Shown here: positions 6,581 to 15,609 of the stretch, piece after piece
Numbering within the stretch: the stretch's first letter is position 1
Layout: each line of letters begins with the position of its first letter
Assembly (NCBI GenBank): GCA_041745615.1
Contig: JBGTIP010000017.1
Location: forward strand, 48,420 to 112,419
Source: Pyrinomonadaceae bacterium
Lineage (GTDB): Bacteria; Acidobacteriota; Blastocatellia; Pyrinomonadales; Pyrinomonadaceae
Direction of reading: 5' to 3'
Length of the DNA: 64,000 nt
The notes under the pieces: model-generated
The model's database searches: none
What the model was told of the DNA's origin: nothing
Seen by the model: the letters and a program-made list of their open reading frames with translations, nothing else
Made by a program: the position numbers and the translations under genes

Positions 6581-8185
6581 ATGCAAGAAATATCTTGCAA
6601 TGGTCGCAACACATGTAGTAGTATATACAACCGTTGGCAGATGTCAATGGTTTTGTGTATGGATGAGATAAAAGAGGAAAGAGGCGAAACCCCGCCCAGG
6701 TTTGAGATCTGTACGGTGAACGAGCTTTTGGCGAGGAAGTCGGAGCCTTCGCGGCCGCTGTTTGGGGATATGTGGCTTACGGGGGAACTGGCGGTGATGT
6801 TTGCCGAGGCGGGGTGCGGGAAGAGCCTGCTGGCCGTTCAGATCGCAGGCAGCATCGCACGCGGGGCAGCATTTAAGCCGCTGGATGCGAAGCCGCGGCG
6901 GCAGAAGGTGGTATACGTCGACCTGGAATCGACCCATGAGCAATTCTGCAGCCGGTACAGGCACGAGAACAGCAGTTTTAAGCCGTATAAGTTCTCGGAC
7001 AATTTCGTCCATGCACGGCTGACGGACGTTGAGGATCCGGGTGTTTCGGACATCGAGGCGGTGATCGAGGCGACGGGAGCAAAGGTGCTGGTCATCGATA
7101 ACCTGGCACATTTGATGAAGGGGCATTCGTCAAACGAGGCGGCACGGCTGATGCGCGAACTCCGACGTCTGTGCCGCCGCGACGGTATCTCCATACTGCT
7201 GCTGGTGCATTCGCCCCCGGCCACACTTCGCCGCGGGATAGAGGCACGCGATCTGCCGTTTGCCGAGGTGATATCGGCACTGGCCGACAATGTCTTTGCG
7301 ATCGGACGGGTCGGTGCGGCCGCGTCGGAGCGGTATATCAAGCATCTGCGGCCGGGTGCGGCGGCACATGTTTTCGGAGCGGCCCACGTGCCGTGGTTTC
7401 GCATCAGGAAGCGGGCCAATTTTACATACTTCGAGTTTCGGGGGTTTGCACGCGAGGGGGCACTGCGGCTCTCGGACGGCGACCGACGAGAATGGCAGAT
7501 GATCGACCGGATAGCCGAACTGAAGCGTCTGAAGATGAGCGTGCGAGATATCGCAAGAGCGCTCGATATGTCGAAAACGACCGTGCAGAAGTATGCGGTC
7601 ATGTGCCCGGAGCCGCTGCCTGTGGTGACTCCGTATGTCAAAGAGGCTCCGCCGGAGCCCGAGACCGATGAGTTCTGCGATGAGCCGGAAGACGCCGGGG
7701 AATGGGATCACGACAGCGATCCGGAGGATGACGTTGAGGAGATTGGTTACCGAACCGATTGGCAGGATGACGCCGGGGACTGGGATCAGGACAGCGGTCC
7801 GGCGGATGATGCTGAAGAAGCCTTTAACGACGGAACCGGTTGGCTGGAAGACCAGATCGAGCAGTCCGATTCCCCAACAGATATTACCGCTCAGAACGGT
7901 CCCGGAAACGATCTTTACCCGGAAGCACACGACCGCGAGGCACCCGCCGCCGAAGCAGCCAAGGCCCCGCTGCTGGAGCGTGACTTCGACAATAACGACC
8001 GAGAGATCTGGGTCGAGAAACGAGATTCACACGGACGCCGCCTCGTTTGGTACCTCGCCCAAACCGACCGCCACGGTCCCAACGGCAAATACACCCGCTA
8101 CGAATACCGCGGCCTAGCCGGCAACATCGGCGAAACCGTCGATCACCTCCCGACAGGAGAGTCTGGCCGCGCCCCGCCGCAATAA
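6581..8185 (+). CDS. RepA/AAA_25-like RecA-fold ATPase fused to an HTH and an acidic repeat tail (start codon uncertain: 6581, 6641 or 6659)
   Basis: 534 aa. Walker A AEAGCGKS and Walker B-like VLVIDNL in a RepA-like N-terminal half. HTH-like MSVRDIARALDMSKTTVQKY. Asp/Glu/Trp-rich tail with an internal duplication (DAGEWDHDSDPEDDVEE / DAGDWDQDSGPADDAEE). Confidence 0.6.
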   Translation: MQEISCNGRNTCSSIYNRWQMSMVLCMDEIKEERGETPPRFEICTVNELLARKSEPSRPLFGDMWLTGELAVMFAEAGCGKSLLAVQIAGSIARGAAFKPLDAKPRRQKVVYVDLESTHEQFCSRYRHENSSFKPYKFSDNFVHARLTDVEDPGVSDIEAVIEATGAKVLVIDNLAHLMKGHSSNEAARLMRELRRLCRRDGISILLLVHSPPATLRRGIEARDLPFAEVISALADNVFAIGRVGAAASERYIKHLRPGAAAHVFGAAHVPWFRIRKRANFTYFEFRGFAREGALRLSDGDRREWQMIDRIAELKRLKMSVRDIARALDMSKTTVQKYAVMCPEPLPVVTPYVKEAPPEPETDEFCDEPEDAGEWDHDSDPEDDVEEIGYRTDWQDDAGDWDQDSGPADDAEEAFNDGTGWLEDQIEQSDSPTDITAQNGPGNDLYPEAHDREAPAAEAAKAPLLERDFDNNDREIWVEKRDSHGRRLVWYLAQTDRHGPNGKYTRYEYRGLAGNIGETVDHLPTGESGRAPPQ

Positions 8186-8206
8186 GTTAGGAGCGGCCTG
8201 GAGTAA

Positions 8207-8464
8207 AACGCGGCTCGAAGCCGGTCATACGGCGAGTCGCGGTCCGCACATTCGGTCGGCACTATCCCTCGCGATATCCAACCCGCCAATATTATGATCC
8301 GCGATGGGATCGTTAAAGTGCTGGATTTTGGCTTAGCAAAACTAACCGCGTTGGATGCGAACGATCTCGAAACCCGCGAACACACGGCACCGCACCGAGT
8401 GATGGACCAGGTAACCAACAGCTTAACTGTTTCACCTACATATATTCAGTTTGCGCACCGCTGA
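8207..8464 (+). pseudogene. Ser/Thr protein kinase gene fragment (catalytic loop to DFG region only, no start codon)
   Basis: My translation of frame 2 after the TAA at 8204-8206: [72 protein letters not shown]...*. This matches Hanks kinase subdomains VIb-VII (HRDIKPxNIM ... [11 protein letters not shown]) with a degenerated HRD (PRD). No N-lobe and no C-lobe. Confidence 0.6.
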
Positions 8465-8606
8465 CCGGTTCGAGTTGTATCGCGGGGTACCACGGGTCAC
8501 GAACGATTCGTAACGTGCTGCGCCAAAATCCTCGCATTGTCCAGGCGGAGTGAGAGACTCTGGAAATACTAGGTGATCCGCAAATTTCGAGCGGTTTAGG
8601 GTCAGG

Positions 8607-9035
8607 ATGTCTAGACAACGAATAATGGATATTACTTACCACAATGATATTGGCCTTCAGCGAAAGGCTCGAACCATTTCTCCGGATCTACGGGTGTCTG
8701 AGTTAGATCGTGCGAAACTCACTGCACTGAGACTAAGGGCTCTCGTCGCAATAACCTCTGACCTGGAGGCTGAGCTGCAGTCGATGGAATTAGATGTCTT
8801 CGGTGGTGAACGCAGATTAGACGGGGACTTCAGCATTGATTTCTATGAGGCAGTCGAGTCGTTTCAAAAGAACCTTCTAGTTGCCACGCTGACCTTGGAG
8901 CGTGGAAATCAAACACGAGCAGCCCGGCGGCTCTCGCTGGGACTGACCACGCTTAATGCAATGCTTAAACGGTACGGGATCGTCCCCAGAATGTACAAAT
9001 CTGTAGTCGCCAGCCAAAATCTCGACTCGCGATAG
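8607..9035 (+). CDS. Small Fis-family (HTH_8) DNA-binding protein without receiver or AAA+ domain
   Basis: 142 aa. The C-terminal FQKNLLVATLTLERGNQTRAARRLSLGLTTLNAMLKRYGI is the Fis/NtrC-type HTH. The N-terminal ~90 aa has no recognisable domain. Confidence 0.6.
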   Translation: MSRQRIMDITYHNDIGLQRKARTISPDLRVSELDRAKLTALRLRALVAITSDLEAELQSMELDVFGGERRLDGDFSIDFYEAVESFQKNLLVATLTLERGNQTRAARRLSLGLTTLNAMLKRYGIVPRMYKSVVASQNLDSR

Positions 9036-9273
9036 CAGGCCCGAATTACGAGTTATTGAAAGCCCCCGAGTCCGGACACTAGTTTGGTTCACTGCTGCAG
9101 AGCCCGGTCTCGCGGCTCACGCAACTCGAGCCAGTGTTTTTCTCCATATGTTTGTAGAAAACTCAGTAAAAGTCGGATCTCAAAATCTGCAATACAGGCC
9201 AAAAATCCAGAATTCTATACGAGAGAGGCGGGGGACGCGTGAAGTGAAAAAAGTATACCCGCGAAATCGCCAT

Positions 9274-9289
9274 TGGCATATCGATTGCA
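9274..9289 (+). promoter_or_regulatory. Sigma54 (RpoN)-type -24/-12 promoter candidate
   Basis: TGGCAT-ATCGA-TTGCA at 9274-9289 matches TGGCAC-N5-TTGCW with exact GG/GC spacing. It lies 117 nt upstream of ATG 9406 and is oriented toward the TonB-receptor genes. Confidence 0.45.
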
Positions 9290-9405
9290 ATTTTACTCCT
9301 TGTCCTGAATTGGCTGGGCCGAGTTCTCCATTTTTTCGAAGAAATGGGTCCTAGTCCGGAATGGACATAGAACTGCCGCCAGCGCGGCTGAATTTTGGAG
9401 GAATA

Positions 9406-9639
9406 ATGAAAAGACGACTTAGGATTATCGCCGTCGTACTGATCTCGATCAGCTCTTTCTCGGCGATACAGGCGCAGATCACGACCGGCTCAATATCCGG
9501 ATCGGTGACTGATGTTTTGGGTGTGATCGTGCTCGGTGCAAGGGTTGCCGTACGGGAACGATCCGGAGGGAACTATACAACAACCGTCAATCGCTCGGGA
9601 GACTTAGGTAATAAAGAAAACAATCAGGAGGTACTATGA
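9406..9639 (+). CDS. Short ORF encoding a signal peptide plus partial CarboxypepD_reg domain (truncated TonB-receptor paralog; possibly a pseudogene or leader ORF)
   Basis: ORF 9361-9639 with the start moved to ATG 9406: MKRRLRIIAVVLISISSFSAIQAQITTGSISGSVTDVLGVIVLGARVAVRERSGGNYTTTVNRSGDL. This parallels the N-terminus of the downstream receptor (AQTPTGSLVGTVSSADGVLPGATVEIRFNQTGRTQTATTNNSGVF). Its stop overlaps the next start (ATGA at 9636-9639). Confidence 0.4.
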   Translation: MKRRLRIIAVVLISISSFSAIQAQITTGSISGSVTDVLGVIVLGARVAVRERSGGNYTTTVNRSGDLGNKENNQEVL

Positions 9640-12600
9640 AATTTATAAAAATCTTAACTGTCGGCCTTGCGATACTTTTAGCACAGGCCGCAATCTTTGC
9701 CCAGACCCCTACTGGGAGTTTGGTCGGCACTGTTTCGTCGGCAGATGGGGTGTTGCCAGGAGCAACTGTTGAGATCAGATTCAACCAAACCGGTAGAACA
9801 CAAACGGCTACCACAAACAACAGTGGTGTATTCAGTTTTGCCCAGCTTGAGCCAGGCACCTACACCGTCACTATCACCTCAAAAGGCTTCAAGACCTTCG
9901 TTGCTAACGAGGTAAAGGTGGACATCGGACGCGAATTCAACATTACGCCGGTTTTGGAGGTCGGAGGCATTGAGGAGACCGTGACAGTGACCTCCGGCGC
10001 TGACATCGTTACATCGACCACTGGGCAGATCAGCTCTACGGTTAGTACGCAGCAGATCATGTCGTACCCATTGCTCACTCGCAACCCTCTTGATCTGACA
10101 GCTTCCCAACCGGGCGTGCAGTCAAGCGCGTACCAAAATACGACGGTCAACGGAATGCGAAGCTCTACCACCAATATTACTCGCGACGGAATCAGTATCA
10201 ACGACCCTTACATTCGAGCAAATGCGACGGATTTCGCCCCTGGCCGACCCTCGGTTGACGATACCAGCGAGATCACGATCATCACGGGTGTCCAGGAAGC
10301 GGACTCTGGCGGCGGAGCGCAGATTCAGGTGTTGACACCGCGGGGTTCAAGCGATTTCCACGGTGCACTCTTTGCCTACAATCGCAATTCGGCCTTTGCG
10401 GCAAACAATTTCTTCAATAACCGCACCGGCACTCCGATCCCTTACCGGAATCGAAACCAGTTCGGCGGTAAGATAGGCGGCCAGTTTCCCGTGTTCAATT
10501 TTGGAGAAGGCGGTCCAATGTTTCACAAGGACAAAGGATTCTTCTTTTTCTCCTACGAGGGCATTAGAGACCCGCTCAGCAGCCTGTACAATCGCACCAT
10601 CCTAACCCCAGCGGCACGTGGCGGAGCATTCACATTTCTTAGAGCCGCAGCGGGTGACCCGATCAACAGTGGCGGCATAAGCTGCCCGTCGGGAGCCGCG
10701 GGTAGTTCCTGCACGATCTCAAATGTACTTACATTTGCGCAGTCACAAGGCCTGCAGGGAATTCCCGGAACTATCAATCCTGTCATCCAAAGCAGGATCC
10801 TCGACCTGATGCCCGCAAGCGGAAACTTCACGGGATTAGGTGACAACGTAAACACCACAGGTTATTCCCTCAACCGCGCATTCAATACGACGCGGAACAC
10901 CTACACGGCCAGGGGCGATCTGGATGCAACTTCGAAAGACTCGATAAGCTTTATCTACAGCTGGAACAGGGAAGACATACTTCGCCCGGATGTTGACGAT
11001 ACCGGTTTCACGGCCTCGCCGGATGTGACGCAGTTCGCGGAGACTCTTCAGCTAACAGCCGGGTATCGCCGGATCATCACGAATAACCTAGTGAATGATT
11101 TTCGATGGGGCCGCTTCACAGTCGAGGTGCCCTTCGACAGGATCAGCCCTTATCCGGACTACTTCATCGGTAGCGGAGCCCTGGGCACGACGACCGGTCA
11201 GGCCGGGGTACCACTGTTGGGTGGACTGATCACGAATCCGACCAATGTGTTCATGGATCAGGGGCGAAACAGCACAGTCACGACATTCGCCGATAACGCC
11301 AACTGGATAATCGGCAATCACGCCTTTAAGTTCGGTGGCCTTTACCAAAAGTATGTGGTAAATACCTTCAATGATTTCGGGATCGTTCCACATTATCATA
11401 TCGGAACTACCAGTGTGGACACGGCGACAAGTACGACGTTGACGAACAATAACTTCGCGAATGTCGGCGGTGCCGGCAGCATTATCAACAACACCCAGTT
11501 GGGACAGGTAAACGGTCTGCTTGCGATACTTGGCGGCCTGGTTAACGGTTCGCAGCAGGCGTTTAATATGGTTGACATCCAAACGGGTTACGCTCGCGGG
11601 GTCCGGCAGCTTGCCCCATTCATCAATTGGAACCACGCGCTTTATGTGTCCGATCGATGGCAGATCCGTCCGGGTCTAACTTTTAATGCAGGTGTTCGCT
11701 GGGAGATCTACCCGGCCCTGCGACTCGACAATGGACTGGCCCTCGAAGCGATCGTCGATCCGAACGACCCAGCGAGTTCGCTCTTAGCCGGTAACGGTAA
11801 CTTCAACGTGGTCGGCACGAATGCCGGACAAGAATATCGGTTTTACAACACGGATTGGAATAACTTTGCTCCGTCGGTAAGCATTGCATGGATGCCGAAC
11901 TTTGGCAGCGGAATCGGAAACTATTTGTTTGGCGACCAGGGCCGGACGGTTATTCGTGGAGGGTATAGCCACGTATACGCCAACGATCAGATCATAACAT
12001 CCTTAAGTAATACCATTACCTCTGGAGGTACTGGAAATCTAGGACTTGGGCGCCAAACTTTGTCGGCGATAGGTCCGGCCGGCAACACCCAACTGAATTT
12101 GCGTATTGGACAACTCCAAGACATTCCCACGCCCCAGTTCACCGGGGCGAATCGAACCTTCTTGCAGAACAGCGGGGCCGCTCAGAGTTTCTTCGGAAAT
12201 GCTGGAGCGGTCGATCCGAACCTGCAGATCCCGATGATCAAACAGTATAGTGTTGGGATCCAGCGGGAGCTACCCTGGAAGATGGTTGTGGAGGCACGGT
12301 ACGTAGGAACGAGCAGCAGCAATCTATTGAGAAGCTCAAATCTTAACGAGATAGATGTTGTTAGTAATGGGTTCCTTGCTGACTTTCAACGGGCTCAGGC
12401 TAACCTGGCGTTAACCGGCACGACCGCTTTTTGCAACCCGGCCACGGTTACCGGCTGCCAGGCTCTGACGCTATTCCGAAGCGGAGCGATCGGAACCGGT
12501 CCCTTGGTAGTCGGAACCACTCTGACGGCTGCGACTTTCAACACCCAGCTTCGCAATGGAGCGGTGGCCGACCTGGCTCATGCGTTCGTGACCAGCAATC

Positions 12601-13526
12601 TCAACAATCACCCGACCTTCGCAGACCCGAATAGGGCTCCGTTCGTGAAGTTCTATCCGAATCCTAACAGCGGGGTGATCACACTAATGCTGAATGAAGC
12701 GAGGTACAACTACAACTCGCTGCAGCTCGAGCTTCGTCGACGGTTCAGCGACGGCATAGCGTTGGAGGCAAACTATACATGGTCAAAGAACCTGACTAAC
12801 GGTCAAGGAACCGCACAGTCATTGAATGAAACCTATTTGCAGCGAAACGATAGGGAACGAGATTATCAGAGGGCAGACTTTGATATCGCTCACATATTCA
12901 ACTTCAACGGACTTTATCAATTTCCATTTGGAAAGGGCCGTAGATGGATGAACAACAATTCCTGGGGCAATTATTTGCTTGGAGGATGGGACATATCGGG
13001 GATCCTTCAGATCCGATCGGGGGTTCCTATCACCTTCACAGATGCTCGCGGAACGTTGAACCGGGCGAACTTTTCAACGAGGCAAACCCCGAACAGTTCG
13101 CTTTCCCCAGCAGAAATACGCAGTTTAATGGGCGTGTTTGAAAAGGACGGCAAGATTTATTGGATCGATCCTTCTATCCTTTGCTCCAACGGTACGGCAT
13201 CAGGCGGTTACATACACCCGTCTAATGCTAATACAGTTTGTCCTGGCCAAGTTTTCTCGAGTGTTGGCGCGGGACAAACCGGCACCTTGCCTCGTGCCTT
13301 TATCAACGGTCCCGGGTATTGGAATGTCAATATGGCACTGATGAAGAACTTCCTTTTCATCGAAAACACCAAACTTCAGGTGAGAATGGAAGCCTTTAAT
13401 GTCTTTAACAATGTGAACTTCCAGAACAATGTCCAGTTGGCGCCGATTACGTCGACGTCCTTCGGGCAGATCACTTCTGCCTCTGCTTCGCGGGTCGTGC
13501 AGTTTGCCGCTCGGTTCGAATTTTAG
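9636..13526 (+). CDS. TonB-dependent receptor with N-terminal carboxypeptidase-regulatory-like domain
   Basis: 1296 aa. Signal peptide, then CarboxypepD_reg segment (GTYTVTITSKGFKTF), plug-like region (TVNGMRSSTTNITRDGISINDP), long beta-barrel-like Gly/Asn/aromatic-rich body and a terminal aromatic residue (...VVQFAARFEF). Confidence 0.85.
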   Translation: MKFIKILTVGLAILLAQAAIFAQTPTGSLVGTVSSADGVLPGATVEIRFNQTGRTQTATTNNSGVFSFAQLEPGTYTVTITSKGFKTFVANEVKVDIGREFNITPVLEVGGIEETVTVTSGADIVTSTTGQISSTVSTQQIMSYPLLTRNPLDLTASQPGVQSSAYQNTTVNGMRSSTTNITRDGISINDPYIRANATDFAPGRPSVDDTSEITIITGVQEADSGGGAQIQVLTPRGSSDFHGALFAYNRNSAFAANNFFNNRTGTPIPYRNRNQFGGKIGGQFPVFNFGEGGPMFHKDKGFFFFSYEGIRDPLSSLYNRTILTPAARGGAFTFLRAAAGDPINSGGISCPSGAAGSSCTISNVLTFAQSQGLQGIPGTINPVIQSRILDLMPASGNFTGLGDNVNTTGYSLNRAFNTTRNTYTARGDLDATSKDSISFIYSWNREDILRPDVDDTGFTASPDVTQFAETLQLTAGYRRIITNNLVNDFRWGRFTVEVPFDRISPYPDYFIGSGALGTTTGQAGVPLLGGLITNPTNVFMDQGRNSTVTTFADNANWIIGNHAFKFGGLYQKYVVNTFNDFGIVPHYHIGTTSVDTATSTTLTNNNFANVGGAGSIINNTQLGQVNGLLAILGGLVNGSQQAFNMVDIQTGYARGVRQLAPFINWNHALYVSDRWQIRPGLTFNAGVRWEIYPALRLDNGLALEAIVDPNDPASSLLAGNGNFNVVGTNAGQEYRFYNTDWNNFAPSVSIAWMPNFGSGIGNYLFGDQGRTVIRGGYSHVYANDQIITSLSNTITSGGTGNLGLGRQTLSAIGPAGNTQLNLRIGQLQDIPTPQFTGANRTFLQNSGAAQSFFGNAGAVDPNLQIPMIKQYSVGIQRELPWKMVVEARYVGTSSSNLLRSSNLNEIDVVSNGFLADFQRAQANLALTGTTAFCNPATVTGCQALTLFRSGAIGTGPLVVGTTLTAATFNTQLRNGAVADLAHAFVTSNLNNHPTFADPNRAPFVKFYPNPNSGVITLMLNEARYNYNSLQLELRRRFSDGIALEANYTWSKNLTNGQGTAQSLNETYLQRNDRERDYQRADFDIAHIFNFNGLYQFPFGKGRRWMNNNSWGNYLLGGWDISGILQIRSGVPITFTDARGTLNRANFSTRQTPNSSLSPAEIRSLMGVFEKDGKIYWIDPSILCSNGTASGGYIHPSNANTVCPGQVFSSVGAGQTGTLPRAFINGPGYWNVNMALMKNFLFIENTKLQVRMEAFNVFNNVNFQNNVQLAPITSTSFGQITSASASRVVQFAARFEF

Positions 13527-13549
13527 GCCAGCAATAGGCCGATATGGAC

Positions 13550-13583
13550 GGGGCCCTTATCGAGATAAGGGCCCCCTTTTTTT
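13550..13583 (+). terminator. Rho-independent terminator of the TonB-dependent receptor gene
   Basis: GGGGCCCTTATC (13550-13561) pairs perfectly with GATAAGGGCCCC (13564-13575) and is followed by C plus a run of 7 T (13577-13583). Confidence 0.8.
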
Positions 13584-13785
13584 ACAGTAAGACGAAGCAT
13601 TGCCTCCGAGGTGCCCATTAAGTGTCACACCAACGTGCAAGTCCCGGCACTTCTACCGTAGCGAAAGTCGATTTATTGTTTACCGTGCCGTTTCTCCACA
13701 TCCGTTTCCGAATAGCTATCTTCCCGAAGCAAGCTATTCAACTGACCCTTTATCATTGTAAACTATTGATTATATGGAAGATAAA

Positions 13786-13861
<76 letters not shown>

Positions 13862-13956
13862 TGATCGGCCTAGGGGGTTTGGCCGCGAACGAAAATACTA
13901 CCAAATTGGCTGTTTACTCCGCAAACTGCCGCCTGCAGTTCGGATGTAAAAACTTG

Positions 13957-13985
13957 TTGACCGCTTCATTGTCAGGCCTTACAAT
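13957..13985 (+). promoter_or_regulatory. Sigma70-type promoter candidate for the 14074 gene
   Basis: -35 TTGACC (13957-13962), 17-nt spacer, -10 TACAAT (13980-13985). About 90 nt upstream of the GTG start, which is preceded by AGGAGA. Confidence 0.45.
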
Positions 13986-14073
13986 ATAAGGAGCCCTGTA
14001 TATGGGCTAAATTTCTGCCCTTCATCTTCAGCCCTGACCATTGGGCGAACAATCCGACTCCAAGGAGATCAAC

Positions 14074-15051
14074 GTGAGTTTTCAAAGATCAACGCGAATC
14101 GCACTGCTTTCTTGCATGCTACTATCAACGGCTGGAATTTGTTTTGCTCAGGTGGCGCAGCCTACGCCGGCCCCCATTTTTCAGACACCTCGAAAACAGT
14201 CAGAACTTGTCGGCCCCAACAATCTTTATTGTGCCGGTTTTATTCAGTATAACGCCATCAGCACTGCCAATAAGATCATAGGTGCGCAGGACGAGGCCGA
14301 TAAGTACAATTACGCCCAGAACGATTTCCTATACATCAACATGGGCCATAACAAGGGAGTAAGTGTCGGCGATACATTCTCCGTTGTCAGGCCCCGGGCC
14401 CAATTCAAGAGCAAATGGTCAGACAAAGGGAGCCTCGGTTTCTATGTTCAGGAAGTTGGAGCCCTCGAGGTGGTCGATGTAAAAGGCGAGGTTTCGGTCG
14501 TACGGGTCAAGACGTCATGCGATTCGATCCTTCTCGGTGACCTGGTACATTTGGTCCCTAACCGTATGAGCCCGCCCTTCGAGGTTCGTCCGCCACTCGA
14601 CCGATTCGGCGACCCGTCAGGAAAGGCAACTGGCCGAATAGTCATGGCTCGTGACGGTGTCGAAACCCTGGCAAAGAACCACGTAGCCTACGTAGATCTG
14701 GGCGCTGAAGACAATCTTCGGATCGGCGATCGGCTGACGGTTTTCAGGGAACTGGGAAAAGGCAATCTTTTCACAATGCCTGAAAGGGAATCGGTCAGCG
14801 CACGAGATTACGGTTTCGAAAGTGACGCTTATAAAGGAGGTAAGTTCTCGAATCAGGCCTCGCGGAAATCCGGTGAAAAGGCCGAGGGCAAGGAGGTCAC
14901 GACTGCACGTGCCAAAGTCGGCAGGCCCTCAAACCTACGAAAGGTAGTGGGCGAGGCGGTCGTAATCAACGTCAAGGAAAGAGCGGCGACTATCGTCATC
15001 ACGCGAAATGGACAAGAGATCCACACTGGCGATTGGGTCGAGATCCAGTAG
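14074..15051 (+). CDS. Secreted hypothetical protein
   Basis: ORF 14041-15051. Start moved to GTG 14074, 5 nt after AAGGAGA. Signal peptide (V)SFQRSTRIALLSCMLLSTAGICFAQ. Repeated GD-x3-V/F-R beta-rich motifs (VGDTFSVVR, IGDRLTVFR, TGDWVEIQ). No family recognised. Confidence 0.55.
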   Translation: MSFQRSTRIALLSCMLLSTAGICFAQVAQPTPAPIFQTPRKQSELVGPNNLYCAGFIQYNAISTANKIIGAQDEADKYNYAQNDFLYINMGHNKGVSVGDTFSVVRPRAQFKSKWSDKGSLGFYVQEVGALEVVDVKGEVSVVRVKTSCDSILLGDLVHLVPNRMSPPFEVRPPLDRFGDPSGKATGRIVMARDGVETLAKNHVAYVDLGAEDNLRIGDRLTVFRELGKGNLFTMPERESVSARDYGFESDAYKGGKFSNQASRKSGEKAEGKEVTTARAKVGRPSNLRKVVGEAVVINVKERAATIVITRNGQEIHTGDWVEIQ

Positions 15052-15191
15052 CTTCCGTTCCCAATTAATGCCCAGCAAGGTCGTCTTAAAATGGCGGCCT
15101 TTCTTTGTTGTCTGCCAGTTCGTGATGGGGACGCGTTGCTGGCTCAAGAGGTGTAGCGGTTACCGTGGCAAAACGTTATTATATTTGGAAT

Positions 15192-15590
15192 ATGAAATAT
15201 ATCTTTGTGATCGCATTTCTGGCTATTGGGCTGGCGTTTTTTGGTACGGGGAGCGTTGCTGCTCAGACGCCGTCGGTTGCGGGCGAATGGGCGGCGTCGA
15301 TGAATACTCCGGGTGGAGCACGACCCTTCGGGCTGATCTTCAAGGTCGATGGAGAAAAGCTGACGGGTATGGTCAAACGTGCCAGTGGTGACGTCCCGCT
15401 TCAGGGAGCGATAAAGGGCAATGACATAAGTTTTTCTTACGCGATCAACTATAACGGCAATGAACTCTCGCTATTTTTCTCGAGTAAGGTTGACGGTGAT
15501 AACATGGGCGGCACCGTTTCTTTTGGCGGTAATGCCGAGGATGCATGGAGTGCAAAACGAACGTCACCGGCAAAGCCGAAGACGGAGTAA
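15192..15590 (+). CDS. Small secreted hypothetical protein
   Basis: ORF 15165-15590 with start at ATG 15192 (MKYIFVIAFLAIGLAFFGTGSVAAQ signal peptide). ~110-aa beta-rich mature part. Confidence 0.5.
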   Translation: MKYIFVIAFLAIGLAFFGTGSVAAQTPSVAGEWAASMNTPGGARPFGLIFKVDGEKLTGMVKRASGDVPLQGAIKGNDISFSYAINYNGNELSLFFSSKVDGDNMGGTVSFGGNAEDAWSAKRTSPAKPKTE

Positions 15591-15609
15591 TCCCTAGAAA
15601 AAAGTAATT

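Noticed and set aside
6838-7930. Long minus-strand ORFs (6838-7641, 7130-7930, 6644-7126) antisense to the ATPase gene
   Set aside because: Arg/Ser/Pro-rich translations are typical of antisense frames in GC-rich DNA. The plus-strand frame carries clear Walker A/B and HTH motifs.
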